Shown here: one piece after another, positions 47,350 to 58,765 of the stretch
Layout of the letters: each line of letters starts with the position of its first letter
Numbering within the stretch: the first letter of the stretch is position 1
Source of the DNA: a virus
Direction: 5' to 3' (one strand)
Length of the DNA stretch: 64,000 nt
Virus record (IMG/VR): IMGVR_UViG_3300031772_000002
Location: 64,001-128,000 of that record
Position numbers and translations under genes: made by a program
Notes under the pieces: generated by a model
The model's database searches: none
What the model saw: only the letters and a program-made list of their open reading frames with translations
Told to the model about the DNA's origin: nothing

Positions 47350-50300
47350 ATGAATAACATTTTTAATAATCTAATAATTAACTGCTCAACTGTCGGAATT
47401 TATTACGGAAGTCCGATTGGTTTTGAGTATGATAATAATATTATTCAGGATTGTGGGTCAGGATGTGTAAATAGTAGTAGTTCAGAAACTAATTGTTTTC
47501 ATAATTGTATTACTGATGATGCAACGATTCCTGGTGGAATAAATTGTCATCAAAATACAGAATTAATTTTTGAAGATAAAGTTAATGAAGATTATCGTTT
47601 GCATATAAGTGATATAGTTGCATATAGAAATAATGCAGGTATTGACAAATCAGAATTATATAATTATGATATAAATGGAGATATCATTGATAACTCATGG
47701 TGCATAGGTCCATTTCATAAAACTCCTGAAATTACATTTAGTGTTGGAGACGATGTTAGTACAGATTTAAAAACAGGAAGTCCTACATATTCAATTACTA
47801 ATTCAATTTTAACATTTAGTGTGCCACAAACTAATGAATTTTTATGTGCTGGATGCATTATAAACAGAGTTGGTCCTGATCCATATGTTTTACTTAAAAG
47901 AAAGATTGACAATAGTAATTGGGAAGTTGTCAATTCAGATGGAACAATAGTTGCAAATAATTCAGGTCCTGTTACTATTAATACAATAAACTTTTTTACT
48001 AATGATGTAAATAATTTAGTATATAATGTTGCACATTCAGATCATATCACTCAATATTTAGATTCAGACAATTTAACTTCCATGGATATTAAAATTAAAA
48101 TAGCTTGTGCGAATGGAAGTTCTCCTGATGGATTTTATATAAGAGATTTTACATGTGATAGATATAGAAATATTGAAATATTTGTTCCTGATATGTCTGA
48201 TGATGATTATATTGAATCAAATTCAAATAGAAAGCATAATGGTGTTTGGGATTTACTTGATCATGTTCCAGATAAAGACAATTATCCAAATCAAACAGTT
48301 GGAGGAAATGTTAATTATACACCATATGTAGTATATGGAGGAGAATTTGATGAGTCTAATTGTATTAATATAGCAGTTGATTGGTGTGTAATTAATGGAT
48401 TACAAATAAGCGGTGGACAGTATGGAATATATGTTATAAATTCAAATAATCCAGTTATTAAAAATAATATTATTAAAGATTGTATTGTTGATGCTGTTCA
48501 TTTTGTCGATAAATGTTTAGATGGAATAGATTATTACGAATCCATAATTACTAAAAATTTAATTTATAATTGTGGAGAAAATGGAATTAGATTAAATTAT
48601 GGAAGATTTATTTCATATGATATAACAGCAGATTTTATTACTTTTTCTATTAACAATATAGAAAATTTTGATATTGACATTCATGAATTATTTAATAAAT
48701 ATACAGTTGAACTTAAACAATCAAGTTATGACACTATAATATGGTCTCCAGGAAAATTAACAATTAATTTTCAAGATGGAAATACAATGAGTGATGTATT
48801 ATTATCTGATAAAATTTATGGAGAACCATGGGGAGTTATAACTGCAGGATCTGGAGTTTTAAGTGAACTAGAAACAACTAAAATGGATGAAGCTGATTCT
48901 TATGTAACAAATACTTCTGGAGATTTTAGAAAAAATCAAATTAAAATTTATCATAACACAATTATTAAATGCAATCATGGAATTTATATAGAAACAGTTG
49001 ACGATAGCAATACTAATGTTATAGCTTTGCTAAAAAATAATTTAATAACTCAATGTATTAAAGAATGTTACTACACTTCTTTTGTAAATCCATCTTCAGT
49101 TTTAATAAATCATTGCGCGTCCGACGATTCATCTCTTGATAATTTTGTCGGAATGAATAATATTAACGATATAAATATTCAATTTGTAAATATATCAAAT
49201 CATGATTATCGATTAACTTTAAATGATACTATTGATATGTATGGATACCATACATTATCAGACGAATGTTATCAAGTTGAATATGATAATGTATTTACTG
49301 AATATGAATCTATAAACAATTTAGTATTTGGATCAAATACATGGAAATCAAGAAATAAAGAAATAAATTTTTCAATTGGAGCTAATACTGAAAATCTTGA
49401 TGAAAATCCTGATGATAGAAAATTAACTATTACTAATGGAATTCTTACTTTTACCGGAGATGGGATTAGTGATAATATAGGAATTGGAGATAAGATAACT
49501 TACGAAAACGGAGGAACAAAATATTGTTACCTAGCTGAACGAGGAAATAATTATAATTGGCATGTTTTAGATGTTGATGGAAATGAAATATCCGATACAT
49601 TAGAATCTGAAGTAACAAGTATTAAAAGAGTGTTTAACTCGTTAGCCTTTGCAATTTCAGATAGTGGTATAATAGTAGAATTTCCATATATAAGTGATAA
49701 AGATATTAATTCTAAAGAATTAAATCTATATGGTTGGTGTTATAATGATAACGATACAGTAGATACTGGGGATATTATTATAAATGGATGGCTAACCCAT
49801 CCTTTGTATAAATTTTATATTCAATCACCCGATAATATCAAAACCCAGTGCTCTACAATTCAATCTCATTCAGGAGTATGGGGAGGATATCGAATATCCT
49901 CATCTGATGCTGGAGGGTCTCCCAAGTGTCTTACAATTGATAACAACTTCATTGTCATTAAAAGATTATCTTTAGAACGATACGATAATACCGGAGACGT
50001 TATTAATGCAGTTGGGAATGGTATTATTTTAGAAAATAATATTATTAGAAACGGAGATCGTGGAATTCTTTTAAATGGAAGTGATGTTGATAATTTAAAT
50101 ATTGCTTTTGGAAATATAGTGTATGATTCCGAATCTGTTGGCATTGATTTAATATATACAAAATCTATTAATAATACAATAGTTAACTGTGGTATTGGAG
50201 TAAGATTAAATGATGTTGCCTGCAAAGCTATAAATAATATATCACATGAAGATGACGGGGTTTGTTATAGCGGAAAACTTGATGGTGTAGAATCATGCTT

Positions 50301-53300
50301 AAGTAATGATGATACTGCAGGAACTTCTAATAATAATATGTCCAATGTAACTATTGAGTTTAATGATAAAAATTTAAAAGATTTTCATATTAAAAGAAAA
50401 GATTGGTACGCAATAAACAATGGAGTTAATTTTGGATCTCTATGTTCACTTATTGTAAAAGATGGATACTTATATGAACAACCATTTTATTATAATATTG
50501 ATGGTGAATTAATTAGTGATAATACGTGGTGCAGAGGGGCCGATACAATTGAAGACATAGAAACTATTAATTTATATTTTTCTGCAAATAACGATACTTC
50601 TAATTTTATAACATTGGATCATGGAACAAATGGATATGTATCAATAGATCAAAGCATAGCAACATTTTCAACATCACAAATTGATGATCGTATTGGAGTT
50701 GGAGATAAATTAATATATACTGACGATGACGGTGAGCATATTTGCTATTTATATGAAAAAATTTCAGATTTACAATGGATAGTAAAAGATTTATTTGGAT
50801 TAGAAGTTACAAATTCCAGTAATGCAAATCTTAATAGTATAACAAGAGCATTTGTATCATCATGGTCAAATTTATTTTTAGCGTCATCAAATGAAAGTGT
50901 GCAGCAATTACTTGGAACAAGTGATAATCCTTTTATTTATTTAACAAAAGCAATGTATTGTATAAATATAGCTTTATATAAATATGACATAATTAATAGT
51001 TCAATTGTAATTTCTGGATTTATAACTGATATTAATCATTATATAAAATTATTTACTCCAGTTGATTTAAGAAAGCATTGTAATGCAAGTCAATCCCATC
51101 GAGGGTCAATAAAATACGAAAATCCTGCCAGAATACATTCAGAAGATTCTAATGGAATATCCATTGAATGCAATTATACTATTATTGATGGAATAATTTG
51201 TTCAGCTATAGGATATGATGCGATATCTTTAATAGGTGTAACCGGATGTGTTATTATAAATAATATATTATTCAATAGTAATAATGGCATAACATCTGAT
51301 GAAAGTTGTATTCAAAATATTATTATTAATAACACTATATATAATATTGTTTTTGATGGAATTAAAAGTGGAGTAAATGATATTATATTTAATAACACAG
51401 TAGATTCATGTGGATCTAAATGTTTTAATAATTATCCAAGAGATTTATTAATTAATAATATAGGACAAAGGGCGGGAGATGTATGTTTTAATTATGGATA
51501 TACTGAAAATTGTATAGCTTCAGATTTATCTTTAGTTAATTTTAACAATAACATAAATGAACTTGAAGTATTATTTATTGGACGATATGGAGAAAGTGAT
51601 CCTAATGAAGAAGATTATCATTTAACTCAAGATAATTATTTAGTAAAATGTGCCGGAAAAAGACTTGATGGCAATTCTTATTATAAATTTAATATAGATG
51701 GATCTTATAATTCAAGATCAACATGGTGGGACATAGGATCTCTTGAATTTCAATCTAAACGTATTGTTTATTCGATTGGAATATCAACAGAAGATTTACA
51801 AACTAAATATTTAGGAAATAATACCCATTACACTATTACAGTAAAAAATGAAATAAGTTTTATAGAGTTTTCTAATCCACAAATAAATATTCATTTAGGT
51901 ATAGGAGATAGAGTTTTTGACGATCATGGAACTTTTGAAAATGGATGTTTCCTGATAGAAAAAATAACTGAATCAAAATGGATAGTGTATGATATTTTTG
52001 GAAATTCATTATCAGAATCATCAGGGATAATTGAAAAAATCAATAGAGTCTTTCCAACAATACGTGATGCATGTAATAATGAAACTGGATTTCCTTCAAA
52101 CGAATTTTTAAATTCGTTAAGTTTATATGATTTGAATGTTAACGTTACTCTCGCATGTTACAATGATGAAGGTGATTTCTTTTCATACCCTGGTGCATAT
52201 ATATACGATATAATTACTGAAGCGCACAATAACCTTAGAATAATTGTTCCTAATAATATAATAACTCAATGTAATAAAACACAAAGACATGATGGGGTAT
52301 ACGGGTATGGCAACAAAGGATTTAAAACTGAATTAACTATAATTGATGGATCGTCAGATTCTGTTATACAAGCGTTCGGAATTAAATATTTAGAAATTGA
52401 AGGTTTACAAATAAAAGGACTTCATCAACTTTCTCATGGAATACATATTACTCAATGTAAACCATTTTATATTGGATACAATATAATACAAGGAATTTAT
52501 GGAAATGGAATATTATGCCAAGATAGCGATAAAAAAAATATTATCGTCAACAATTTAATATATGATTGTAATGATGATGGAATAGGAATAGAATTTCTTA
52601 ATACAGGTAATGGCTTAGACATTGATATTAATAACAATACAATAGTTAATTGCAGGCGAGGAGTTTACTTAAATAAAATAAATGATCCTTATATTACCGG
52701 ATTGTCAGTTCGTCTAAAAAATAACTTATGTCAAGATTCAGAATATAAAGATTATGTCGCTGAATATGAAAATCATTTTGGACATTTCTCTCTTAGTAAA
52801 TGCATAAGCGGAGATGAAACAGCTTCAAATTTTGCCGGAACAATGAATATAAGAAATAGATTTATTAATTTTATTGATCGAGATGGAAAAAATTTTAATC
52901 TTAATAATTTACTTGATGGTATAGCTGTTAATAATGCTCTGGATTTAAGCGGCGATAATGTTTTTCCATTCACAGACGATATTACCGGAACTATTAGAGA
53001 TGTTGGAGAATATGATATAGGCGCGTTTGAAGTGGTTTTAATTTTTGGTTATGGAGAACTAATAGTAGGTCCAACTATTATTAGTGGAATAGGAATCATT
53101 GGAGAAGGATTTCCTGTTATTGATTTATACTTAAGAGGATTAGATGAATTTGATGAACCAGATTATATACCTTATATTGATCCAAAATATCAATTTATAA
53201 ACATTGAAGGGTCAGACCCTGTATACGATTTAAATGCTTTTATTGATAGGCTTGAATCGATTTATAGTTTAGTTATTCATGCCCAAGGCGGTGAAAAATT

Positions 53301-53766
53301 TCCAGGAATGTTTTCGTTTAATGTAAGGCCGGAAAATACTATTGTTGTTAAAACATATGAACCAGAATTAATACCACACGGACCAGCATCATTTGTTTAT
53401 ATTAATAATATAATTGATGATGAAAGTTCTCATTCTTTATTAACATTTAAAAATTTAAAAATATACAGCAATGATAGTGGTGATACTTATAGTTTATTTA
53501 GTCCGTTTTGTCCAGTCACAGGAATTAGATTTGAAAACTGTATAATTCAGGTAAATAATGATTGTATATCTCAGGCGCCTCATTCAACAATACAATCAAT
53601 AAATAGTATTTTAATATTTAGAAATGATTCACAAGAAAATATATTTTGTTTAGTAAAAGATGGACCTGTAATACCAGTCGATGTTGAAAATTTAATAGCA
53701 AATTCAATTATATTAACAGGTTGTACTGATTTCGATGTAACGTTTGTAATAAACAAACTATCTTAA
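47350..53766 (+). CDS. giant right-handed beta-helix repeat adhesin/depolymerase-like protein
   Basis: Four repeat modules, NNIIxNC..GI rungs, DYRL...D..G..R...DIGAFE ends. Confidence 0.8.
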   Translation: MNNIFNNLIINCSTVGIYYGSPIGFEYDNNIIQDCGSGCVNSSSSETNCFHNCITDDATIPGGINCHQNTELIFEDKVNEDYRLHISDIVAYRNNAGIDKSELYNYDINGDIIDNSWCIGPFHKTPEITFSVGDDVSTDLKTGSPTYSITNSILTFSVPQTNEFLCAGCIINRVGPDPYVLLKRKIDNSNWEVVNSDGTIVANNSGPVTINTINFFTNDVNNLVYNVAHSDHITQYLDSDNLTSMDIKIKIACANGSSPDGFYIRDFTCDRYRNIEIFVPDMSDDDYIESNSNRKHNGVWDLLDHVPDKDNYPNQTVGGNVNYTPYVVYGGEFDESNCINIAVDWCVINGLQISGGQYGIYVINSNNPVIKNNIIKDCIVDAVHFVDKCLDGIDYYESIITKNLIYNCGENGIRLNYGRFISYDITADFITFSINNIENFDIDIHELFNKYTVELKQSSYDTIIWSPGKLTINFQDGNTMSDVLLSDKIYGEPWGVITAGSGVLSELETTKMDEADSYVTNTSGDFRKNQIKIYHNTIIKCNHGIYIETVDDSNTNVIALLKNNLITQCIKECYYTSFVNPSSVLINHCASDDSSLDNFVGMNNINDINIQFVNISNHDYRLTLNDTIDMYGYHTLSDECYQVEYDNVFTEYESINNLVFGSNTWKSRNKEINFSIGANTENLDENPDDRKLTITNGILTFTGDGISDNIGIGDKITYENGGTKYCYLAERGNNYNWHVLDVDGNEISDTLESEVTSIKRVFNSLAFAISDSGIIVEFPYISDKDINSKELNLYGWCYNDNDTVDTGDIIINGWLTHPLYKFYIQSPDNIKTQCSTIQSHSGVWGGYRISSSDAGGSPKCLTIDNNFIVIKRLSLERYDNTGDVINAVGNGIILENNIIRNGDRGILLNGSDVDNLNIAFGNIVYDSESVGIDLIYTKSINNTIVNCGIGVRLNDVACKAINNISHEDDGVCYSGKLDGVESCLSNDDTAGTSNNNMSNVTIEFNDKNLKDFHIKRKDWYAINNGVNFGSLCSLIVKDGYLYEQPFYYNIDGELISDNTWCRGADTIEDIETINLYFSANNDTSNFITLDHGTNGYVSIDQSIATFSTSQIDDRIGVGDKLIYTDDDGEHICYLYEKISDLQWIVKDLFGLEVTNSSNANLNSITRAFVSSWSNLFLASSNESVQQLLGTSDNPFIYLTKAMYCINIALYKYDIINSSIVISGFITDINHYIKLFTPVDLRKHCNASQSHRGSIKYENPARIHSEDSNGISIECNYTIIDGIICSAIGYDAISLIGVTGCVIINNILFNSNNGITSDESCIQNIIINNTIYNIVFDGIKSGVNDIIFNNTVDSCGSKCFNNYPRDLLINNIGQRAGDVCFNYGYTENCIASDLSLVNFNNNINELEVLFIGRYGESDPNEEDYHLTQDNYLVKCAGKRLDGNSYYKFNIDGSYNSRSTWWDIGSLEFQSKRIVYSIGISTEDLQTKYLGNNTHYTITVKNEISFIEFSNPQINIHLGIGDRVFDDHGTFENGCFLIEKITESKWIVYDIFGNSLSESSGIIEKINRVFPTIRDACNNETGFPSNEFLNSLSLYDLNVNVTLACYNDEGDFFSYPGAYIYDIITEAHNNLRIIVPNNIITQCNKTQRHDGVYGYGNKGFKTELTIIDGSSDSVIQAFGIKYLEIEGLQIKGLHQLSHGIHITQCKPFYIGYNIIQGIYGNGILCQDSDKKNIIVNNLIYDCNDDGIGIEFLNTGNGLDIDINNNTIVNCRRGVYLNKINDPYITGLSVRLKNNLCQDSEYKDYVAEYENHFGHFSLSKCISGDETASNFAGTMNIRNRFINFIDRDGKNFNLNNLLDGIAVNNALDLSGDNVFPFTDDITGTIRDVGEYDIGAFEVVLIFGYGELIVGPTIISGIGIIGEGFPVIDLYLRGLDEFDEPDYIPYIDPKYQFINIEGSDPVYDLNAFIDRLESIYSLVIHAQGGEKFPGMFSFNVRPENTIVVKTYEPELIPHGPASFVYINNIIDDESSHSLLTFKNLKIYSNDSGDTYSLFSPFCPVTGIRFENCIIQVNNDCISQAPHSTIQSINSILIFRNDSQENIFCLVKDGPVIPVDVENLIANSIILTGCTDFDVTFVINKLS

Positions 53767-53782
53767 AATTAGGATACTTTAA

Positions 53783-56700
53783 ATGACTGCACGATGGGAT
53801 TTATTAAATTCTGTTCCATACGCTTCAGATATATCAAATTTTTATTTTACATGTTATTGTGAATTTGAAGGTGAAATTTATTTTGGATCATATTTTTGGA
53901 ATAATAATTTTGCTACTGGAGATTATGGAACATTATATAAATTTAATATTGGTACAGAAATTATATCTGCAGTTTGTACTTTACCAATTGTAGAATTAAG
54001 TCCAGGAGATGGGGTTGGTCAATATTTAATAACATCATTAGTGGTTTTTAATAACAGATTATATTTAATGTCTGGAAGTGCAATTTATGGTAACGATCCT
54101 CAAGAATCAAAAATTCTTGGCACAAGATTATATATACTAAATTCAACTAAAGATGGAATAACAGAAGTTACAGATACTCCTCATGAAGTAGGAGAAAGAA
54201 AATTAATAGTTTTTGATGGAAATCTTTATTCAATTGATGTTTGGAGAAATTTGCCTGGAATGATTCCAGCCCCAGGAAGATTATATAAACTTGATGGATT
54301 TATATGGAATGTTGTAGCAACTTGGCCAGATTCTATTTGCTGGCCTGAAGATATAATTGTATTTGAAGATGAATTATATGTAATTGATAGCGCTAATTTA
54401 TATAAATGGAATGGAGTTGATGCTTTTATTTTTGTAGCAAACGCACCGTCATTTACTCCATTTGACGACTCAACTATATCTTATTTTAATATCTTACATT
54501 ATCCTAGAACAACTTTATCAATTAATAATTCAAGATTGTATGCCGGAGGAAATATACAAGATGAAGAAAATCCATTATATTTTTGGGGATCAATTGTAAA
54601 ATTAAATCTTGCTAAAGATTCTTTTGATATTGTTGGAATATATCCACTAACAAGTTCTTATAAAGAAGGATTTATATCAAGTGTTTTATATAGAAATGAA
54701 TTATTATTAGCAGGAACAGGGCAAGTAGGAACATATCCAGTTCCTGGTATTATTTATAAAGTTAATAATTTAGAAACTGGAATAGATTTTTCTTGTGATT
54801 TTAATAAATATAAATATGGAAATGTATTTGATCCTAATGATGAATGTAGAGATTGTTTTCCATTTATAAGAATAAACAAACTTGAATTTTTATATAAAAT
54901 AATATCTTCTCCAAGTGATGCAATTAAAAATATTCAATGTCTTAATAATACTATTTACATTGTTAATTTATATTCAGGACTAATGGCATATAGTTTTACT
55001 GAAGGTGCTGTAACTCCATTTACATTATTATACAATTCAACTAAACCAACCTATACTATAACTTATGATGGTAATGGCAATACTGGAGGAACTGTTCCAG
55101 TTGATTCAACCATTTATAAAGAAAAAGATATAGAAACTGTAACTGTTTTAGGAAATACAGGAAGTCTTGTTAAAGTTGGATATACTTTTATAGGTTGGAA
55201 CACAGCAGCGAATGGAAGTGGTACAAGTTATACTGGAGGAACTTTTTTTATAATTAGTTCAGCAAGTATAATACTTTATGCTCAATGGACTCTCAATGCT
55301 ACATATACTATAACTTACAACGGAAATCTTAATACAGGTGGATCTATACCAGTAGATTCAAATAATTATATATCAGGGGCCACGGCAACTGTTTTAGATA
55401 ATGTTAATGATTTAATCAGAACCGGTAGAAGTTTTGTTGGATGGAATACTGCGGCAAATGGAAGTGGAACAAATTATGCTCCCAGATCAACGTTTACTAT
55501 TTCAGCAAATTTATTACTTTACGCTAAATGGACATCCAGTACAACTTATACAGTAACCTATGTAGCTTATGTTCCAACCGGACCTATTACAGGATCAGTA
55601 CCAGTTGACAAAGTAAAATACACTTCTGGATCTACTGTAACGGTAATGAAAAATGTTGGAAATTTAGTTATATCAAATTCATCAATATTTATTGGATGGA
55701 GTAAAACTCCCACAGCATCTACTATTTATGCACCTGGAACAACTTTTGCTATAAGTTCCTCTAATGTTACACTTTATTCCCGTTTTATTACTAATGAAAA
55801 TTGGAATTCCTGGAGTGATGGAACTTATGTTTATGTAGCTGCTGGTTATCAAGGGTTGTATGCATTTGATGCCATTACAGGTGTAATGGTTGGATACGTA
55901 AATGCTGGTTATCCTAAAATTTATACAGTTTTTCATACTAATAGATGCACAGGAGTATGGAGTGATGGTGTAAATGTATTTACAGCAGATACTATATCAG
56001 GTGGATTTTCTGGAATAAGAGCTTGGTCAATAAATCCTCTTAACCCACCTTCTACATTTTTCAGTGTAGCTGGAAGTATCAATATATTAACAGGAGGCGG
56101 TGCAAATAATATAAGACCTTATGGATCTTATATTATCGCTTGTTGCTATACCGGATTATATGCTTATTCGTACAGTGCTGGAGTCTTTACTCCATTAGGA
56201 AGTATTGATCCTGGTGGAGAATCTTTAGATATATTTATATCACATCCTTATATTTTTGTTGCTAACGGTGCTGATGGAACAAGAGTGTATACTTTTAATG
56301 GAACTACTTTTATTCAAGTTGGATATCAGGCAAATGAAATTGGAGGCAATGCTTATAAAATATATTCAGATGGAACTAATGTTTTTGTTGCTGAAGGAAA
56401 TTCTTTAAGAGTATTTGAATTGGATTTTGTAGGCCCCAACTTAATCACTCCTATTGAAAGAATTTCAAATCCAGTAACTTATTATTCAGTAGCAGGTGAT
56501 GGAAATTGTATTTTTACAGGCAATGGAACTTTTTATATACCAGATCTATTAACTTATAAATTTATACCTGAAGAAAGAGTAATATTTCCTAATGTTGAAT
56601 CAGATCCTGAAAATGCAATGGTTGGAAGTCCAACATTTTCAATTTTATATAATCATCCATATTATTCTATTTTAACATTTAGTATACCTCAACCAATTTT

Positions 56701-57835
56701 AGAACCAAATTCATTAGTATTTGTACCTGAAGGAATTAATCCTGAAATTTATGAAGATGGTATTATATTACTTATGAAAATAGATGATTCAAATTGGTAT
56801 GTTAAGACTGAAAATATTACTTTTTTACCAACTGATATTGGGCCTGTTGAAATATATTCAATATGGCAATTTCCTACAAATCCTAAAAATAGAGCAGTAA
56901 TTTCTGAATTATTTTTATCTTTAGGTATTGATTATATAGAAAATTATTCTGGAAGAATTTTTAATGTTTATGGTACAGAATTTAGTACTATAGATTTAAC
57001 TGCAACATATTTAGATTCTGATACTATTTTACATTCCTGTTCAATTGAAACAGGATATTCAAATGTTCTAGCAACAATAACAATTCCTCCTGAAGCTTCA
57101 TTTGGAATTGGAACTTTAACATTAACAAATAGATTTAGTTCAAGTGATAACATTGAATTAACACTTTCCCCACTTATTATTGATTTCGTATTTTTATATT
57201 ATGATAGAATTTATGACATTTATGGATCTAAATTTGGAACTTCAGGATTAGTAGCAACTTATTTAGATTCAAATTCAATTTTACATTCATGTCAAATAAC
57301 TCCAGATTATTATGATTCTTATGCTCAAATAACTATTCCTCCTGAAGCATATATTGGAATTGGAACTTTAACATTAACAAATTCAGAAAACTCAAGCGAT
57401 AGTGAACCATTAGAACTTCCTAAATTTTTACATATAGAATCTGCAGATGTTGTTTCCGGTAGAACTTATGATATTGAAGGTGAATGGTTTGGAACTCACG
57501 ATCTGGTAGCACTATTTACAGATTCAAACAATGATGAATATCCATGTAGTATAAAGTCTGGATATATTGAAACTTATGCACAAATTACCATTCCATTAGA
57601 AGCTAAACATGGAGTTGGTTCTCTTAAATTAATAAACTCAGATTTAAGTGAAGATTCAATAGAAATTGAAATTATACCAATAATTTCTGGTAAAACTGTT
57701 TATAATACATTAACATATAATTATGGAACTGGTAATTTAAATTTTCATGAAACAGAAATTACTCAAGTTAATTGTAAAGAAAATACTAATCCAGAATTTA
57801 AAGATGAATCAATTGGAAGAAATCTTTTAGAATAG
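53783..57835 (+). CDS. multidomain adhesin: propeller + 3 InlB B-repeats + propeller + 3 IPT-like repeats
   Basis: YTITYDGNG...F.GWNTAANGSG...LYAQW x3 (about 55050-55790); three G..F...ATY.DS...ITIP.EA..G.G.L.L.N repeats (about 56950-57670). Confidence 0.8.
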   Translation: MTARWDLLNSVPYASDISNFYFTCYCEFEGEIYFGSYFWNNNFATGDYGTLYKFNIGTEIISAVCTLPIVELSPGDGVGQYLITSLVVFNNRLYLMSGSAIYGNDPQESKILGTRLYILNSTKDGITEVTDTPHEVGERKLIVFDGNLYSIDVWRNLPGMIPAPGRLYKLDGFIWNVVATWPDSICWPEDIIVFEDELYVIDSANLYKWNGVDAFIFVANAPSFTPFDDSTISYFNILHYPRTTLSINNSRLYAGGNIQDEENPLYFWGSIVKLNLAKDSFDIVGIYPLTSSYKEGFISSVLYRNELLLAGTGQVGTYPVPGIIYKVNNLETGIDFSCDFNKYKYGNVFDPNDECRDCFPFIRINKLEFLYKIISSPSDAIKNIQCLNNTIYIVNLYSGLMAYSFTEGAVTPFTLLYNSTKPTYTITYDGNGNTGGTVPVDSTIYKEKDIETVTVLGNTGSLVKVGYTFIGWNTAANGSGTSYTGGTFFIISSASIILYAQWTLNATYTITYNGNLNTGGSIPVDSNNYISGATATVLDNVNDLIRTGRSFVGWNTAANGSGTNYAPRSTFTISANLLLYAKWTSSTTYTVTYVAYVPTGPITGSVPVDKVKYTSGSTVTVMKNVGNLVISNSSIFIGWSKTPTASTIYAPGTTFAISSSNVTLYSRFITNENWNSWSDGTYVYVAAGYQGLYAFDAITGVMVGYVNAGYPKIYTVFHTNRCTGVWSDGVNVFTADTISGGFSGIRAWSINPLNPPSTFFSVAGSINILTGGGANNIRPYGSYIIACCYTGLYAYSYSAGVFTPLGSIDPGGESLDIFISHPYIFVANGADGTRVYTFNGTTFIQVGYQANEIGGNAYKIYSDGTNVFVAEGNSLRVFELDFVGPNLITPIERISNPVTYYSVAGDGNCIFTGNGTFYIPDLLTYKFIPEERVIFPNVESDPENAMVGSPTFSILYNHPYYSILTFSIPQPILEPNSLVFVPEGINPEIYEDGIILLMKIDDSNWYVKTENITFLPTDIGPVEIYSIWQFPTNPKNRAVISELFLSLGIDYIENYSGRIFNVYGTEFSTIDLTATYLDSDTILHSCSIETGYSNVLATITIPPEASFGIGTLTLTNRFSSSDNIELTLSPLIIDFVFLYYDRIYDIYGSKFGTSGLVATYLDSNSILHSCQITPDYYDSYAQITIPPEAYIGIGTLTLTNSENSSDSEPLELPKFLHIESADVVSGRTYDIEGEWFGTHDLVALFTDSNNDEYPCSIKSGYIETYAQITIPLEAKHGVGSLKLINSDLSEDSIEIEIIPIISGKTVYNTLTYNYGTGNLNFHETEITQVNCKENTNPEFKDESIGRNLLE

Positions 57836-57846
57836 TAAACTAAATT

Positions 57847-58284
57847 ATGGCAAAATTAACAAAATTATATACAACAAAAGATCATCTTACTTTAGGTGTA
57901 TGGGATGGTGCTGCTGAGTCATGCATGTGGTGTAATAATGATTTTTTAGTAATAGGTTGTGGTTGGAATATTGCTACTGAAAATTATGATTTAGGTATAT
58001 CAGTTTTTGCTATAAATTCAAATGGCTCATTAACTCTTAAATATCAAGACACTTCTTTACTTAAGGTAACAGCTTTATGCCATGATGGAAGATTTCTTTA
58101 TGTAGGTATTATAGATCCAAATTATTCTACATTCAATGAAGTTAAAATTTATAAATTAGAAGTAGATGGCTCATTAACTCTTAAAGATACTATTTTAATA
58201 ACTGATGGTTATGTTACAGGAATTAAAAGCGATGGAAGGTTTATTTATATAAGTACTACTTATGGAACTCCATGGGAAACTTAA
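57847..58284 (+). CDS. beta-propeller fragment 1
   Basis: DGRFLYV...GSLTLK blades. Confidence 0.7.
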   Translation: MAKLTKLYTTKDHLTLGVWDGAAESCMWCNNDFLVIGCGWNIATENYDLGISVFAINSNGSLTLKYQDTSLLKVTALCHDGRFLYVGIIDPNYSTFNEVKIYKLEVDGSLTLKDTILITDGYVTGIKSDGRFIYISTTYGTPWET

Positions 58285-58296
58285 TATAGGATTTTT

Positions 58297-58749
58297 ATGT
58301 CATTATTTTCATATGAAGTAGACGTCAATGGTACTCCAACTTATAAAGATAGTTTTACAATTGGAGGGAATGAGATAGGAACACAAAGTAATATAGCTTG
58401 TGATGAAAATTTTGTATATTTCATAGACGATCCTGATTTTTATCATAATGAAGGAACTCTTCGCGTTTTATCTGTAGATGAAAATGGATTGCCGACTCAA
58501 GTATATGAATTGTCAAGTATGTGGAATATTTGTTATAAAGTTTTTCGATTGGGAGATTTTCTTTATACATCTAACTATCTACAACATCCTACTTATAGAG
58601 AAGGTAGATTGTATAGATATAGTATATCAGTAGAAGGAGTATTAACATTACTTGACTATGTTGAAACTGGATTCGTTGTTAACGATATGTCTATTGATGA
58701 TGAAGGTGTAATTTATACAGCTCTTGATGGCGCTGCATCTTTTACTTAA
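58297..58749 (+). CDS. beta-propeller fragment 2
   Basis: Blades continuing the previous ORF pattern. Confidence 0.7.
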   Translation: MSLFSYEVDVNGTPTYKDSFTIGGNEIGTQSNIACDENFVYFIDDPDFYHNEGTLRVLSVDENGLPTQVYELSSMWNICYKVFRLGDFLYTSNYLQHPTYREGRLYRYSISVEGVLTLLDYVETGFVVNDMSIDDEGVIYTALDGAASFT

Positions 58750-58765
58750 TTATTGGTAATAAATT

